Source of the DNA: Paramecium tetraurelia
Lineage: Eukaryota
Direction: 5' to 3'
Assembly (NCBI GenBank): GCA_000165425.1
Contig: CT868019.1
Coordinates: 124,001 to 188,000 of the forward strand
Length of the DNA: 64,000 bases
Numbering within the stretch: position 1 is the stretch's first letter; every line of letters starts with the position of its first letter. Below are positions 13,389 through 27,925 of the stretch, piece by piece. A model generated the notes under the pieces. That model made no database searches, was not told the DNA's origin, and saw nothing but the letters and a program-made list of their open reading frames with translations. A program made the translations under genes and the position numbers.

Positions 13389-15032
13389 TTTACCTTAAAA
13401 TAGAATTCTTTATTCAAAAGTTATATTGGCATTTTAAGTTTTAATCAATAATTTTTCAAAGATTTTTTTATTTAAATAACTTTTTATTCTGAATATTAAT
13501 TCATCGTAGCGCTTTCATTGCAAAAGCATTTACTCTATGTTAAAATATAATGGCCATAAAATTTAAACAAAGAGATGGATGAGACAATTATTTAAATTTC
13601 AAAGGATCAAAAATGTATTAACATTAACATAAAATAGTATTGTAATTTGGAATTTTTACAGAAGATGAATGACTATCAAAAATTTTATTAATTCAAAGAA
13701 TTATTGAATTCTAAAGTTTCTGAACGCTCTACCTCTTCAATAAAATCTAAACCTATTTAACTATCTTTGTAAATTTAAATATTTTAGTGATCAACATTCT
13801 ATAATTTTATATTTTAAGTTCACCATAAATCTGAAAAGTGTCCTCTTATCAAATTAAGTCAAAAATTCATTACACTTAGTGACAGATAGAACTCTATTTA
13901 TAAAAATTAAATGTTCTAAGAAATTCCTAATCTTAATCCTTTTACAAAGAATAATGATTAATATAATTATTCAAGTATTTTGAGCATCTTATTATCAATA
14001 GTAACTTGATTAAAACGACTAGAAACAATTTTTGATGAATGTTTAATTATTTTTAATACGACCTCACTAATATTAGCAGTAATATCTAAAAAATATTGCT
14101 TGATAAGGAATTTTAAATTCAAAGTTGATTTAATATATAAAAGTCTCATTTTTCATATTAACGAAAATAAATATAATATATATAATAAAAAGAAAGAATG
14201 ATATATTTCTTAAAATAGATATGAAGTATACTAATATTATTGGCAATAATTCTAAAATTGTATTATTTGTACGCAAATGCATTATCTAGAGGAATTTTCT
14301 AATTGATTGAAATAATATATTTAATAAGGAATATGTAATTTTTTATGTATATTTTGTAACTAAACTACCACTAATTCCTTATATTATTAGTTTTCATATA
14401 TATTATTAAAATTTCAATACATTTATAAGTAATATAACCCTTTATTAAAATTTAAGTTATTTTTAATTAAACTTCCTTATTTATCAATGACATACTATCC
14501 AATTGGCGTAAAATTGGACTTAAAATAAATGAAAATTCATAGGAGATTAAAAAAGGGTTTTTAAACCTATAGTATTAACAATGTACCGAATAGTGTTTAT
14601 TAAATAATAAAATATGTATTAAAAGTTGTAATTAAATTTTTAATAATTTGAAATAACTTTCGATATTGTAAATAAGGCTCTACCAGTCAATAGTTATCAG
14701 TTTTTCTTCTAATAGATGGGAAAATGAAATGTCAAATGCACTATTTAGTGACTATCTACATCAAACTTCCTTATGGTGATACAATATTTATTCTTGTTTT
14801 TTTATTATCATATGATTTATAAAACGAATATCAGAAAATTATTATTATTTAATTTCAGGTCGACAGTTAAAGTGAGAATGACTCCAATAAAAAATGATAT
14901 TGTTCCTAAAATCTCGAAATTTGAATACAATTAAAGAGCTTATAATCAGCTCTACTAAGATTTTGTAGTATCTGATAATTTTTCATTTTTAAAGTGAAAA
15001 TCTTTCTTCTTAATTGATTATTAATCATATTG

Positions 15033-16318
15033 ATGCATTGTACAAGAAAGCACCTTCTCTTTGATAAAAGCTACTTTATCTCGTTTAACTAAGATAGTAT
15101 GAATATTGGTGAAGTAAAATCACATTTATTAACTCAGTCTACCTAACATACGAAATATTCAATTCCCTTAACACTTTAAACAGAAATTGATTGGAAGGTC
15201 TCCTCAGAAAATTTATTGTTGGAGGCATTTAGTATAATTTGGAAAAATGAGTAGAGATATTTTTATGCAGACCCTAATGTTCTACTCAGAGTCAAAAATT
15301 ATCTAGGTGGAAGAGTAAGTTTTAAAAGAATAGATATTTTCTACAAATAAATCGGGAAAATAGAGAATAGAAGCTCAACCTCGGTATGTCATTTCCCTTT
15401 ATTAGTTTATAGATATACACCATATAAGGATTTGATGACGATAAAGTTTATGCTTGTAAGGAAGTGAAGAAATCAAAACAACACTCAAATAAAGTACTAT
15501 TATTCTTTCAATCTTAGTTATTTCAAAATGAAGTTGAAACTTTGAAGTAACTAAACCATCAAAACATAGTAAAGTTGGTAGAAGTGTTCGAAAGTGAAAA
15601 CTCCTATTTAATCGTCTTGGAATTATTGAAGGGAGGGTCTCTTTCTCAGTGTCTGAAATACTGCAGGTTGACCCTCAATGAAGTAGAAATAATATTAAAA
15701 GTATTATTCGTTTTGAAATCTAGTAAATTCTAGAAACTCTTTGTTACCTCCATGAGAAAGGCTTCGTCCACAGAGATCTTAAGCCGGACAACATACTTTT
15801 TCGCGAATTGGGATAATTCTCCAATTTAAAACTAATCGACTTTGGAATTTCCTGTAAGATTCCAGATTTGGAGAAAGATTCTGAAATGAGTTTTGGAACA
15901 CCTGGCTATATAGCGCCGGAAATTTTAAATAATACAAATAAAAAAAGATTATCATAAAAAATAGACATCTTTAGTTGTGGAGCCATACTATATTATATGT
16001 ATTCATATATATTGATTTATTAGGTTAACAGGATCAAGATTGATCTCCGGTGTTAGCGCATAGGAAATCTACTAAAACAACAAGAAATATACCCTCAACA
16101 ATCAAATACTTCAAAAAGTCAAAGCTGAAAATTATAGAGAACTATTATCAAAGATGATTAATGAGGATCCTGATTAAAGAATAGATGCAAGACAAGCTTT
16201 AAATTACTTCTAATTGATGACCGTCCAAACAAAGGGTTCCTTATCTACTTCATTGCATTGTGCCCAAGATCCAATTCAAAAATTACCAAACTTTAGAAAG
16301 TTGATAACGAAAAGTTGA
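15033..16318 (+). CDS. Ser/Thr protein kinase (CAMK-like) with an N-terminal PH-like domain
   Basis: MHCTRKHLLFDK N-terminus; YACKE, LNHQNIVKLVE, HRDLKPDN, DFG, GTPGYIAPE, DIFSCG; TGA 16316-18. Confidence 0.88.
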
Positions 16319-16651
16319 CTATAAACCTAATTATTATTATAATTAATAAAACAAGTGAAATTTCTCTCGTCTCTAACGGAACCTAGTAGATTAGAACTCT
16401 TCATATATGTTGCAAATTGATCTATTTTCAGTAGAGATTTTTTTAATATAATTTATGTTACTACTTTTTATTAAACTTCCATAATTTAATTACTAATTAA
16501 TTTTACTCATTAGTAATTTTATTTATTTCTCCACGGCAGATGCATTGTAAATGTAAAAGATTTTAATAGGTAATGACTTTGCCATTATTTTGGGTGATTG
16601 GTTATTTAATTTCAAATAATCAGAATATTATTGTTTATATTAATTAATAAA

Positions 16652-17952
16652 ATGATGTGCAAATGTAAGCATTTCTTTAGAGATACTGAATATTTCATTT
16701 ATGAATAAGAGAACTCCATTCAAATAGGGAAAGTATTTTTTTAATACAAATAGTGAGAATGAGAAATAAATCAAGTACACAATATAATTAGACTTGTCAA
16801 CTATAATTACTTGGGTTTATGGAGATCGAAATTGTTTCATCGGGTTCAAATTCAGATGGAAATAGAAGATGAAAACAATGATTTTGGATTAATATAAATG
16901 TTTGAAACTCAAAAGCATTTTCGATGGAAAAGTCTCATATAATAATCTTGTCAAAATGTTTAATAGTGTAAAATCAATCCGAGAGCAATCAAATAATGCA
17001 GTAATAAGAGGGTTTTGATTGTTATTATAGATCCTACTGGTCCATAGCTGCATTGATTAAAGACCGTACTAGATGAAAGTGACACCGAATAGTATCAATT
17101 ATAATAAACTTGTATTGATGACACCTAATCATAGGATTTTATGTTGGAGTTAGATGTGTTAAGCCTTCAACACAAAAATATGATATCGGTGTCGGAATAT
17201 TTCGTAGAAAATGATAAATTTCATATCATATTTGAACATCTAGAAGGAAGGAGCTTGAGGGAGAGGATGAATTCGTAATATAAGATGAAAAAAGAGGAAA
17301 TTATAGTAGTTTTAAAAGTATTTATCTTTTTATTAAAAATAGTAACTTCTCAGTCTTCTAATCACATTGCATAATAAGGGATATATCTGTAGGGAGTTGA
17401 ATCAGGATAACATTTTTATACAGAAGGACGGTCGAATCATTTTGACAGAATTTGGATATACTACAAAATTAGGAGAAATAATGAGGACTAAAAGGGGAAC
17501 AAAAGATATCGATAACATCAATGATTTGACATTTCAAAATAACTTAGATTTGCATCCAAATAATGAGGAATTCGATAGATAATTTTGGTTTGCTTAAGAC
17601 ATCTATTCTCTTGGGGAATTGTTGCATGAAATGTAATGAAATGCATATATATATATACATTAGGTTAACAGGTAAAAGTCTCCAAAAAACGATCTTTGAT
17701 AAATATAGTGGATTTCAGTCCAGTCAAAATACGATCTCAACTTTGAGAAAGAGAGTCGGACTTAGGAAGCTATTGGATAGGATGCTAGAACCTGATCCTC
17801 GAATTAGGATATCGGCAGAATAGGCTCTTTACTTTATAAAGGATATGGAATTCGGAGATGATTCGTTTGTTGACTTTTCTGATTAAGATGAAAGGAATAA
17901 TTATTAGGAAGTTTATTAATTTATTTCAAAAGTATGTCTTTAGAATCTCTGA
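16652..17952 (+). CDS. Pseudokinase, tandem paralog of the upstream kinase
   Basis: Same N-terminal module (MMCKCKHFFRDT..IGK|NEKQIKYTIQLDLSTIITW). Catalytic motifs degenerate: CRELNQDN for HRDLKPxN, TEFG for DFG. Ends MLEPDPRIRISAE; TGA 17950-52. Confidence 0.75.
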
Positions 17953-18074
17953 TATATATAAACTACTGATTTTCATTTTGTAATACACATACATATATAT
18001 ATATATTTTTGGGATGAATAAATAGGTATAATTAAATATTATTATATGATGAATATTGTACTAAAATAGGATGT

Positions 18075-18758
18075 TCATGATCTATAGAGGTTGGGTCTTT
18101 TTGCCTTGAACACTGTTCTGAATTTTTTGTGGCTGGCTCTTGGAACAGTTTTCACAATAGGGAATTTGATTGAATCACCCTAACATTATTATCATAGGAT
18201 ACTCTGTATTGATTGGTTTTTCCTCTCTTGATGTCTGCACTCTTAGTTAAGACTGAGGTTCTGAGGATGTGAATGGTTTATGGTTGGGCTCTGTGGTTTC
18301 CTGCCATTTCTTGGTCTAAAATAGAAGTCGATGCAAGTGTTTACATAATTGTGAGACAGCTCCATTTAAAGTGGTGTCTCTGAATTCCTTATACATGTTA
18401 TGAATGGTTGTTCTGGATTAGTATTTGAGCACGATTCCGTAGGTTTTGACATTGGTGTCTCTTCTTTCGAATAATTCTTAAACTGCCAAGATCTAACCAT
18501 GAGATGGTCTGAGCTTATTCAATCTTCTCAAATTCCACCTAGCCATTTTAATTTAAGCAATACCAGAATCTGCTTTTTGCAGCAACTGTATTTCTAGCAA
18601 AGATTCTCATGCTGATAACCTTTGGATTTGGATCTTCCTTTGATGGGAGTCTTCTTCCAGAAACCAAATATTATCTGGTCTACACAATAATTGCATTAAT
18701 ATTTTACTTTCATTTGGAGTGAGTTATCTTATGGATCCTAGGCTGAGTTTTTAACCAT
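18075..18758 (-). CDS. RPL18A: 60S ribosomal protein L18a (eL20)
   Basis: [77 protein letters not shown]. Confidence 0.95.
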
Positions 18759-18801
18759 TTTGTATATATTTTAAAAAAAGATTTAATTTATCAAGTAATT
18801 A

Positions 18802-19647
18802 TCATAAACAATAGAATGCATAATTTGCTTTGCAGCTATTATTCTGAAAATTGGGCAAACTATTCTTGATAAGATGATCAATCAGTTGAACAGTTTCTTA
18901 ATGTCTATAGAATTTATCATTTTCATGATTTCTGAACATTTCAATGTTTCTCATTATGGTATCACCCACAACAAAATGCATATTCGCAATCTTTATTTTC
19001 GAATTGCTTTTAATATAGTCTACAATTTAGTTTCTCATTCTAATCATATGTCATCATATATACTTTTCAGCTCTTTATTCTGGACCCATGAGAGAAGGAC
19101 CTAAATGTAATTTCTTAAAGTGCTGTTTCGTCTTGACTTTCAGATCCTCCAAATATTTCAACTGCTTGACTCTGATCTATAATTATAGCATATCCTAATT
19201 GGCTCTATCAATCAGTTCCTTCAGATTCAATTATTGCAAATCTTGAGTGGAGCCATTCCTAAAGAGATCCTGCAATTTTTAATTAATCATTTGGAGATTC
19301 GCTGGAGCATAGACAAATAGATGACATAATCTAGCGTTGTCATCGTCAATTAATAAGATCTTATTGATAAAATTATCAACTTCAATGACAATCGATGGAT
19401 CTGAGTATATGATGTCGATATAAAAGTAATTAAACACTTTGTTTTGGATTTTAAATAGATTTTGAATCTTTGATATGTTGACCCACAAGTTGTTCTTGTT
19501 CAACTCACTACTTAGGGTTTCTTTGGAATGGTAAGTTTTAGTCGAATAAATGCAATCAAACCAGTCGATTTAAGTATTCTGCAGAGAATTGAGCTTCTGA
19601 TTTGGATTTAATTGCAACACCAATATCGATTCAGTCCTGATCTTCAT
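18802..19647 (-). CDS. Hypothetical protein (start uncertain)
   Basis: Long ciliate-code frame MKIRTESILVLQLIQNQK..FNYFYIDIIYSDPSIVIEVDNF..NYAFYCL*. The frame stays open upstream of 19647. Confidence 0.55.
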
Positions 19648-19826
19648 TATCAATTGCTTATTGTTTAAAGGCTTTATTTATGGATTTTGAGAGTTAGGAA
19701 AATAAGTACCGTTGTATTCACCGAATAGCTAGCATAATATTTAAATATACAAGATTATAACTTAATATACATATCTTATTGAATTGACACAAATTTCTGA
19801 AACCTTTATATAAAATATACACATCC

Positions 19827-20267
19827 TCAGCATCTACATTTAAATTGATAATTTGAAATGAAAGGGAATTTAAATTACTCTATCTAATTTAACTATTGTT
19901 ACTTTCTTTCTGATTCAAGATTAGTGGGTGAGGTTTATGCATGAATCAACTTTCTTAATTGTTATTTTGGTCTGGGAATGAACTTAGGTCTTTTAAGAAT
20001 TATGTTAGTTGGTTTTGATATTTATGGCAATTCTGTAACCTCATTTACCGAAAAAGTTCTACTGGTGATTCCTTTATCTTCACTCTAATTCTAAGATTAT
20101 TATTATTTTGACTAATATGAAATCCTCGAATTTCTAGTGGCTGCAGTAATAGGATTAAAACTCTTACAAGTTGAATAATTTCTTATAGGAGCATTCTTTG
20201 TAATCAGCATTCCTGATAATTCATCCTGTCTTTTGGGGTATTGTTTTTTTTTTGAAATGCTCAACAT
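19827..20267 (-). CDS. Small basic hypothetical protein
   Basis: MLSISKKKQYPKRQDELSG..KFPFISNYQFKCRC*, open in the ciliate code. Confidence 0.55.
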
Positions 20268-20682
20268 AATTATTTATAAATGGAATACAAATTATTATTG
20301 TTAAATAATCGAATAAAATTAAATTTCCAATCCAAAATACACTGCTTTAGGAGATCCTCCTTCCCTTTATCAATGCATCAACAAGGAAATTTGTTAAAAT
20401 TAAATTTAATCAATTTAAAAAAATCCCCAATATATGTTCCTTTGTAAAATAGCTTATTCATGGATTATTTAAATATCCAGCCATTCACTTTAGAAGAAAG
20501 ATGAAAAAGGCTTTGTGCAAATGATTATTATTGTAATTAATTGAGATGCTTAATAAATATTACTTAATCTAGTATAAATTAATAAAGATCTTAAATTAAA
20601 AGATTTATTCAATATTTATGATACACATTATTTACAACATTATCAAACAATAATAATTAATAAGTTACTTACATATTCAAAA

Positions 20683-22741
<2,059 letters not shown>

Positions 22742-22959
22742 TGAACTAAAGTTAATTGATATTATATAATCACACAATTATTTATATTGATTAAATTATT
22801 TTCTAAAGGAGAAGGATTTGTATATTATGTACAGATTCTTTGAAAACATTAATTAAGTATTAGTGTATAACTTTGAGATTTAGGATTTTGCATGTATTTA
22901 AAAAATGAAAATTTTATTAGTTAATTATAATAACAATATAATCTGAATGATAATGGTAA

Positions 22960-24079
22960 TCATTTTTTAGCTTTTTTCTTTTTCTTAGACTTTTTCTTCT
23001 TATTCTTTCTTCTCTTTCTTTTTTTTGTCACCTTTTTGATTTCTTCAAGAATTGCATTTTAAATTTCAATAGGAACTTCAAGTCTGCAAACTGTTTTGTA
23101 CATTTTGATACACTCTAAGAATTTCTTGGCGGCTAATTAATAAAGATTATAATTACAATCATCATACAAAGCATTTCCTCTAAAATCATAGACTTGTATA
23201 GAATTATTTTTAGTTAACACTTCGCATATTTTTTCAATAAGAGGGACATCTTCAGACTCACCAAATTGATTATTAGCTATATTCAATTCCTCTAACCATT
23301 CATTAGTTTCTAGGGCTCTAAACAACTAATAAACACTAAAAATGAATTCATCAATTACCCTTGATTTCTCAGAAAATTTCCCTCTAAAAATAAATATCTT
23401 AAATCGCAATCAACAAAAGATAAAATGTCCTAAATATATTTAACGCTTTCTAAATCTAATCTACAATAGTTTAATGACAGTTTTCTAATTGTTGCTAAAG
23501 TAATATAAAAATTAGGAGTTTACTATTCATTTCCAATCCCTTGCTTAATTCTTTCATTCCCTCACAACCAATATAATTAAAGTCAAGAATGAGTTCCTAT
23601 ATGGGAACCTTGAAAGCAGGTGACAAGGCATAACCGAGAGAAATGCATCCTTGTGGAGTGATTTCATTTTCTGTCAAATCCAATACTTTAGTATTCTAAG
23701 CCTTCTAAATATAATTTGCCAAATATTTGACACCTTCATTGTTGTTTAATCCAAGACCAGCTTTCACTAGCCAGATGTTGGCCAAATGCTTGTAACTATT
23801 TTTTGAATTATTAATATACTTTAGATCCATTAATGCCTCAAAAATACCTCTAATTGCATTGGGTCCAATTTCTTCAATGATGTGAAGCTAAATCTAAGTG
23901 TTATGAATTACAGTGGTTAAATGCTCTTGATTTTCTATTGCTTATGCAACTGCTTAAACAAATATTTTGTTTTATGCCACTCCAAGACTTTGGATCTTCC
24001 TATTGTAAAATCTCATGATTTGGGTAGTGGATTCATCATTATCTTCTCCTTTTTTGCCTTTCTTGCCCTTTTTGGACAT
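22960..24079 (-). CDS. RNI-like leucine-rich repeat protein with a polybasic C-terminal tail
   Basis: VLDLTENEITPQG, LILDFNYIGCEG, LSLNYCRLD, LEELNIANNQFG, YDFRGNALYDD; tail KKRKRRKNKKKKSKKKKKAKK*. Confidence 0.85.
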
Positions 24080-24172
24080 GAAATATATATAATAAATAAA
24101 TTATATATTAATTCTTTGACCACAATTCTGTGTATTATTAAAGACATTGCACTATATTGACACAAATAAATA

Positions 24173-24822
24173 TCATAACTCTTGATGTTTTAAAAGATAA
24201 AACTTAATCTTATAAATATCATTTGGCAATCCTTCTTAGAACTATTAGTCCATGATTTAGAACCCGCATTACTTGATTAAGTTCTAGTATATTCTGTCAG
24301 ATCTAGTAATTGAAGCGTCTTCTTCATCGTATAAATAATCCTGTTATGAAATATTCTCCTTTAAAACAATGGGAGTCTTCTTGAATTTTGAGAGCATGTT
24401 ACAAAAGTCTTAATCCGTTAGATACATACTAATCCATTGGATCCAGATGCAATCATAATGAGTAGAAGGTTCAAATTCTTCTACTGACATTTGATAATAT
24501 TAACAATTGAATTTGCTGAGCTTTCTCTTAGATTCATTTACAAATTTAGCTTCCCTCTCTACTAAATGAATCTATAATCAAGGAGATATCTTACTTCCTT
24601 AAAATATTTGGTAAATAACTGTTCTGATATTCTGCCTACTCCTGCTCCTAATTCCAAGAGAGTGTTAAATTATTGGATGTTCTTAAGTAGGAACAATTCC
24701 GACTGTTGAATGTCTACATTATTTATTTCATCATATCCACCCAACATGCTGCTATTAGTAATGGTTTGTTTGGCCCAAAATTGCTTATTGATTTCTTTCA
24801 TGGATTGTTTTGCGAAATTCAT
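24173..24822 (-). CDS. NTMT1: Alpha-N-terminal protein methyltransferase (NTMT1/Tae1)
   Basis: SMLGGY..DIQQS, LELGAGVGRIS, YDCIWIQWISMYLTD, IVLKEN, DEEDASITRS. Confidence 0.9.
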
Positions 24823-24885
24823 TTAATATTATTTTATGTAATCATTATCTGTGAAAAATACAAAATATCAAATACAATATAGAGA

Positions 24886-25801
24886 ATGGTAATTATATAC
24901 AATAGATCTCCAGGAGTTACTCATGTCATCAGAAAAGACTAAGCGAAATAACTAATAGGAAAGGTAGCAATGACTCGAGTTACATCAATATAATTGAATC
25001 TAGTAGAAGGAATAAATTTTTTAACTCAAGAAGGAAAGAAATTAAAAAACAAGAAGAAATTCTCACTTAAAATAAAAAGTTACTTAATAAAATAGTGAAT
25101 ATCAAGTCTAGTTTCTATCGTTCGGTTATATATTGATCTAATTTAATAGTCATCTAGGCAATCTATCAGTAGCAATGGTTCTAAATTATCAGCCAGGTCA
25201 ATTGAATAAAAACAAAAGAATATTTAACGTATCAAGGACAATCAAGTTAATAGGCAAAAGATATCTTAAATGTGTATTAGCTGATATAATATTTCAGTAA
25301 GTCAACTTTCAAGTCTATACCAACGGAGAGGACCAGCAGAGATTCACTTCGGAGACCCGTATATCAGATAGAGGATGTCTATAAAAAATAGAAATGCCTT
25401 CAAGTCTCAAAGATAAGTCAAGTACGATTACTATCCTTTCCCTCTGTGAGAGGCAGTAATAAGTCCAAGATATCGAATTCAGATAACAAGGCCATTGCCT
25501 ATACGTTACCCGCAATCAAAAAACCTAACTAATAAATCGTAGCAAGGATGTTAAAAGATAAATTGAATAATAACTGATTACTTATATTAATGAATAAATA
25601 TTTAAGAAAAACACTCAGATTGAGCAAGAAAATAATTCTTCTACTAAAACCCAATCAATTCATGATATTTCAATCTCAAGTAAGCTCAAGGAATGCAAAT
25701 AAAAGGGTTAAAAGAGATTGTAGATAAATATGGAATCACAAATAAATAAAAATTCTGAGACTCTAATTTTCTAATTCTATCATGGAAGAGCACGAATTTG
25801 A
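24886..25801 (+). CDS. Hypothetical low-complexity protein
   Basis: ATG followed directly by a 25-nt intron; Q/S/K-rich open frame; TGA 25799-801. Confidence 0.55.
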
Positions 25802-26163
25802 TTGTTTTTCAACGCTAAAATTAAATAACACTAATGAGTTTCAAAGTTGATGATGTGAATGAATTTTTTCCTATAAAATATTATTAAAAGGGGAAGGATA
25901 TGATTATGATATCCACCTAAAATTACGAATCTTTATTTTTGATCTAAACACATACTTTCTCCTTGTCTATAAAAAGTAAAATTCGATTTTGATAGATTTT
26001 TGACCAATAATAATATGTTATCTTCTTCCATCATATATTTATTTGAACTTATTCTAGCATTGATTCTAATAGGAAGATATTTACCAAGTTTTCCTAGAAG
26101 TTAAAAACTAATGAATTGAATTCCATTCAAATTTGAATAGAACTCTAAATATAATTTTATTAA

Positions 26164-27766
26164 ATGAATAATTATACAAAAATTATTCCAAATCGATAAT
26201 CCCCCAACAAACTACTTACACAAATTCAAACTCTCGAGTCCTAATAAATTAGACTCATAATCTTAAAGGAATTTTTACAAGGAAGACTATGCCTGGATAT
26301 TTAGAATTATGTCTTAGTCCAAACACCAGATTAATTATATTCAGAAATAGTTTTATTATGGTTTCTCAAAAAGGAAATCCCAATAGAGAGTGCTCAAATA
26401 TTTTTAAGCAAAAGTGATCCTAAATACTTTCCATTTCAACTCATGTAATATTTTATTAATCCATAAATCAAATTACCTCTTCTTAGATTAATATTTAATA
26501 TACAGAACATTCAATTCCTTAATTCATCATTAGATATAGTATTGATGAATTTCTAAACTAAAAAGGAAGTCACTTCTCTTCTACTTAGTTTTGATGAATA
26601 AATTCAATAGCCTGAAATAGATTTGATTTTATACAATTATCCCAAGTTAAGCCTGTTGGTCTCTTATCATTTAAGAATCAATCCAAAATTCGAGGAGTTA
26701 AGTAGTTTTGACACGAACTTAATAGCTACTACAATAAAAAGGTCGTAAACAATTAACAAAGGCATCGAAACTCTACTTAACTATTTATTATAATGTGATG
26801 ATAAGAAAAGCATAGTTGACATCTTAATTTAATTGAACTTTTAGAATGACACCGTTTTAAATTTAGGAATCTTAAAGTCTCCCGAAGAGGTTTAATTCAA
26901 AGAAGAATACATATTTTTTGAGAAATGGACCTAAACTAAAAGTTTTAATGAGAAAATATGGGGCAGATTCACATCTTTAGTAAATCAAAAGATGATCAAG
27001 CTTGATGATCAAGAGTTTACTGTCAACAATCTTAATTTTGCATAGCCTCTTCTCATAAAAGCATTATTTTCATTGGTTAAAAGACACACAAGCAATTTTA
27101 TTATAGAGAATGCTATTAATAAGGAAATCAAGATGAAATAATCCCTGTTTTTAGATTACCCTGATTTCTTTAAAATATTTTTTATTGACTATACTTCATT
27201 GTTAGATCCAAATTATAATATGTAAATATTGAAATTGAAATTTTAGGTTAATCTTGGAATCCTTGAATGTCATCCTTACTCACATTGAAAGAACTGCAAA
27301 ATAACCAATAGTATAGCATTTGGTAATTTGATAAATATATATTCAATTAGAAATTGTTACTTTGTTAATTTTTAGTTCAATGTATATCAAAGATGGCGGA
27401 TCCATAGAAGATTGAGATCAGCATTTATTAATTTATCCAACAATTGCTTGCTAAGGAAAAGAATTTGAACTTTTAATTTGCAGCTTCACTCAAGTTAGAA
27501 TAAATTGAAAAAGCTGTAAAGCATATCGATTGTCTATTTTTGTTGTTATCTGATTTGGATTTACTGTAGTAGAAATTACGAGATAAGGAGCGTTTTTACT
27601 TATTTTGTAAATGTCTTTAACTAAAGCATAAAAGTGAACTTTTGGATAAACCGTTAGAGAACTATTAAAATGAAAAGCAATTGAAACATAAATATAATAC
27701 TAATTTAATAATGAAAAAGAAGGAGGAGAGAGTGATTGCCCAGTTATTTTGACTTCTAACTTGTGA
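26164..27766 (+). CDS. Hypothetical alpha-helical (HEAT-like) protein
   Basis: MNNYTKIIPNRQ.. Leu/Ile-rich open frame with two tiny introns near 27220-27350; TGA 27764-66. Confidence 0.65.
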
Positions 27767-27925
27767 ATTAACTATAATTGTATTTTGTTATATTTAATAA
27801 TAATAAATGATAGCAGTAATAGAGTTAAACCATTGGAAGGTAATCTTATAGGCTACCTATTAAAAGATGCATAATAAGTTTTATTTATATAAATATTATA
27901 TTATCTATACGTTAAATAAATTTAT

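Noticed and set aside
17641..18010. (TA)n microsatellite-like runs
   Set aside because: Short runs in an intron and a 3' spacer, expected at this AT content.
19827..19860. Possible fusion of the 20267 and 19647 minus-strand genes
   Set aside because: The upstream frame ends at a TGA (19827-29), and I found no convincing intron that bridges it.
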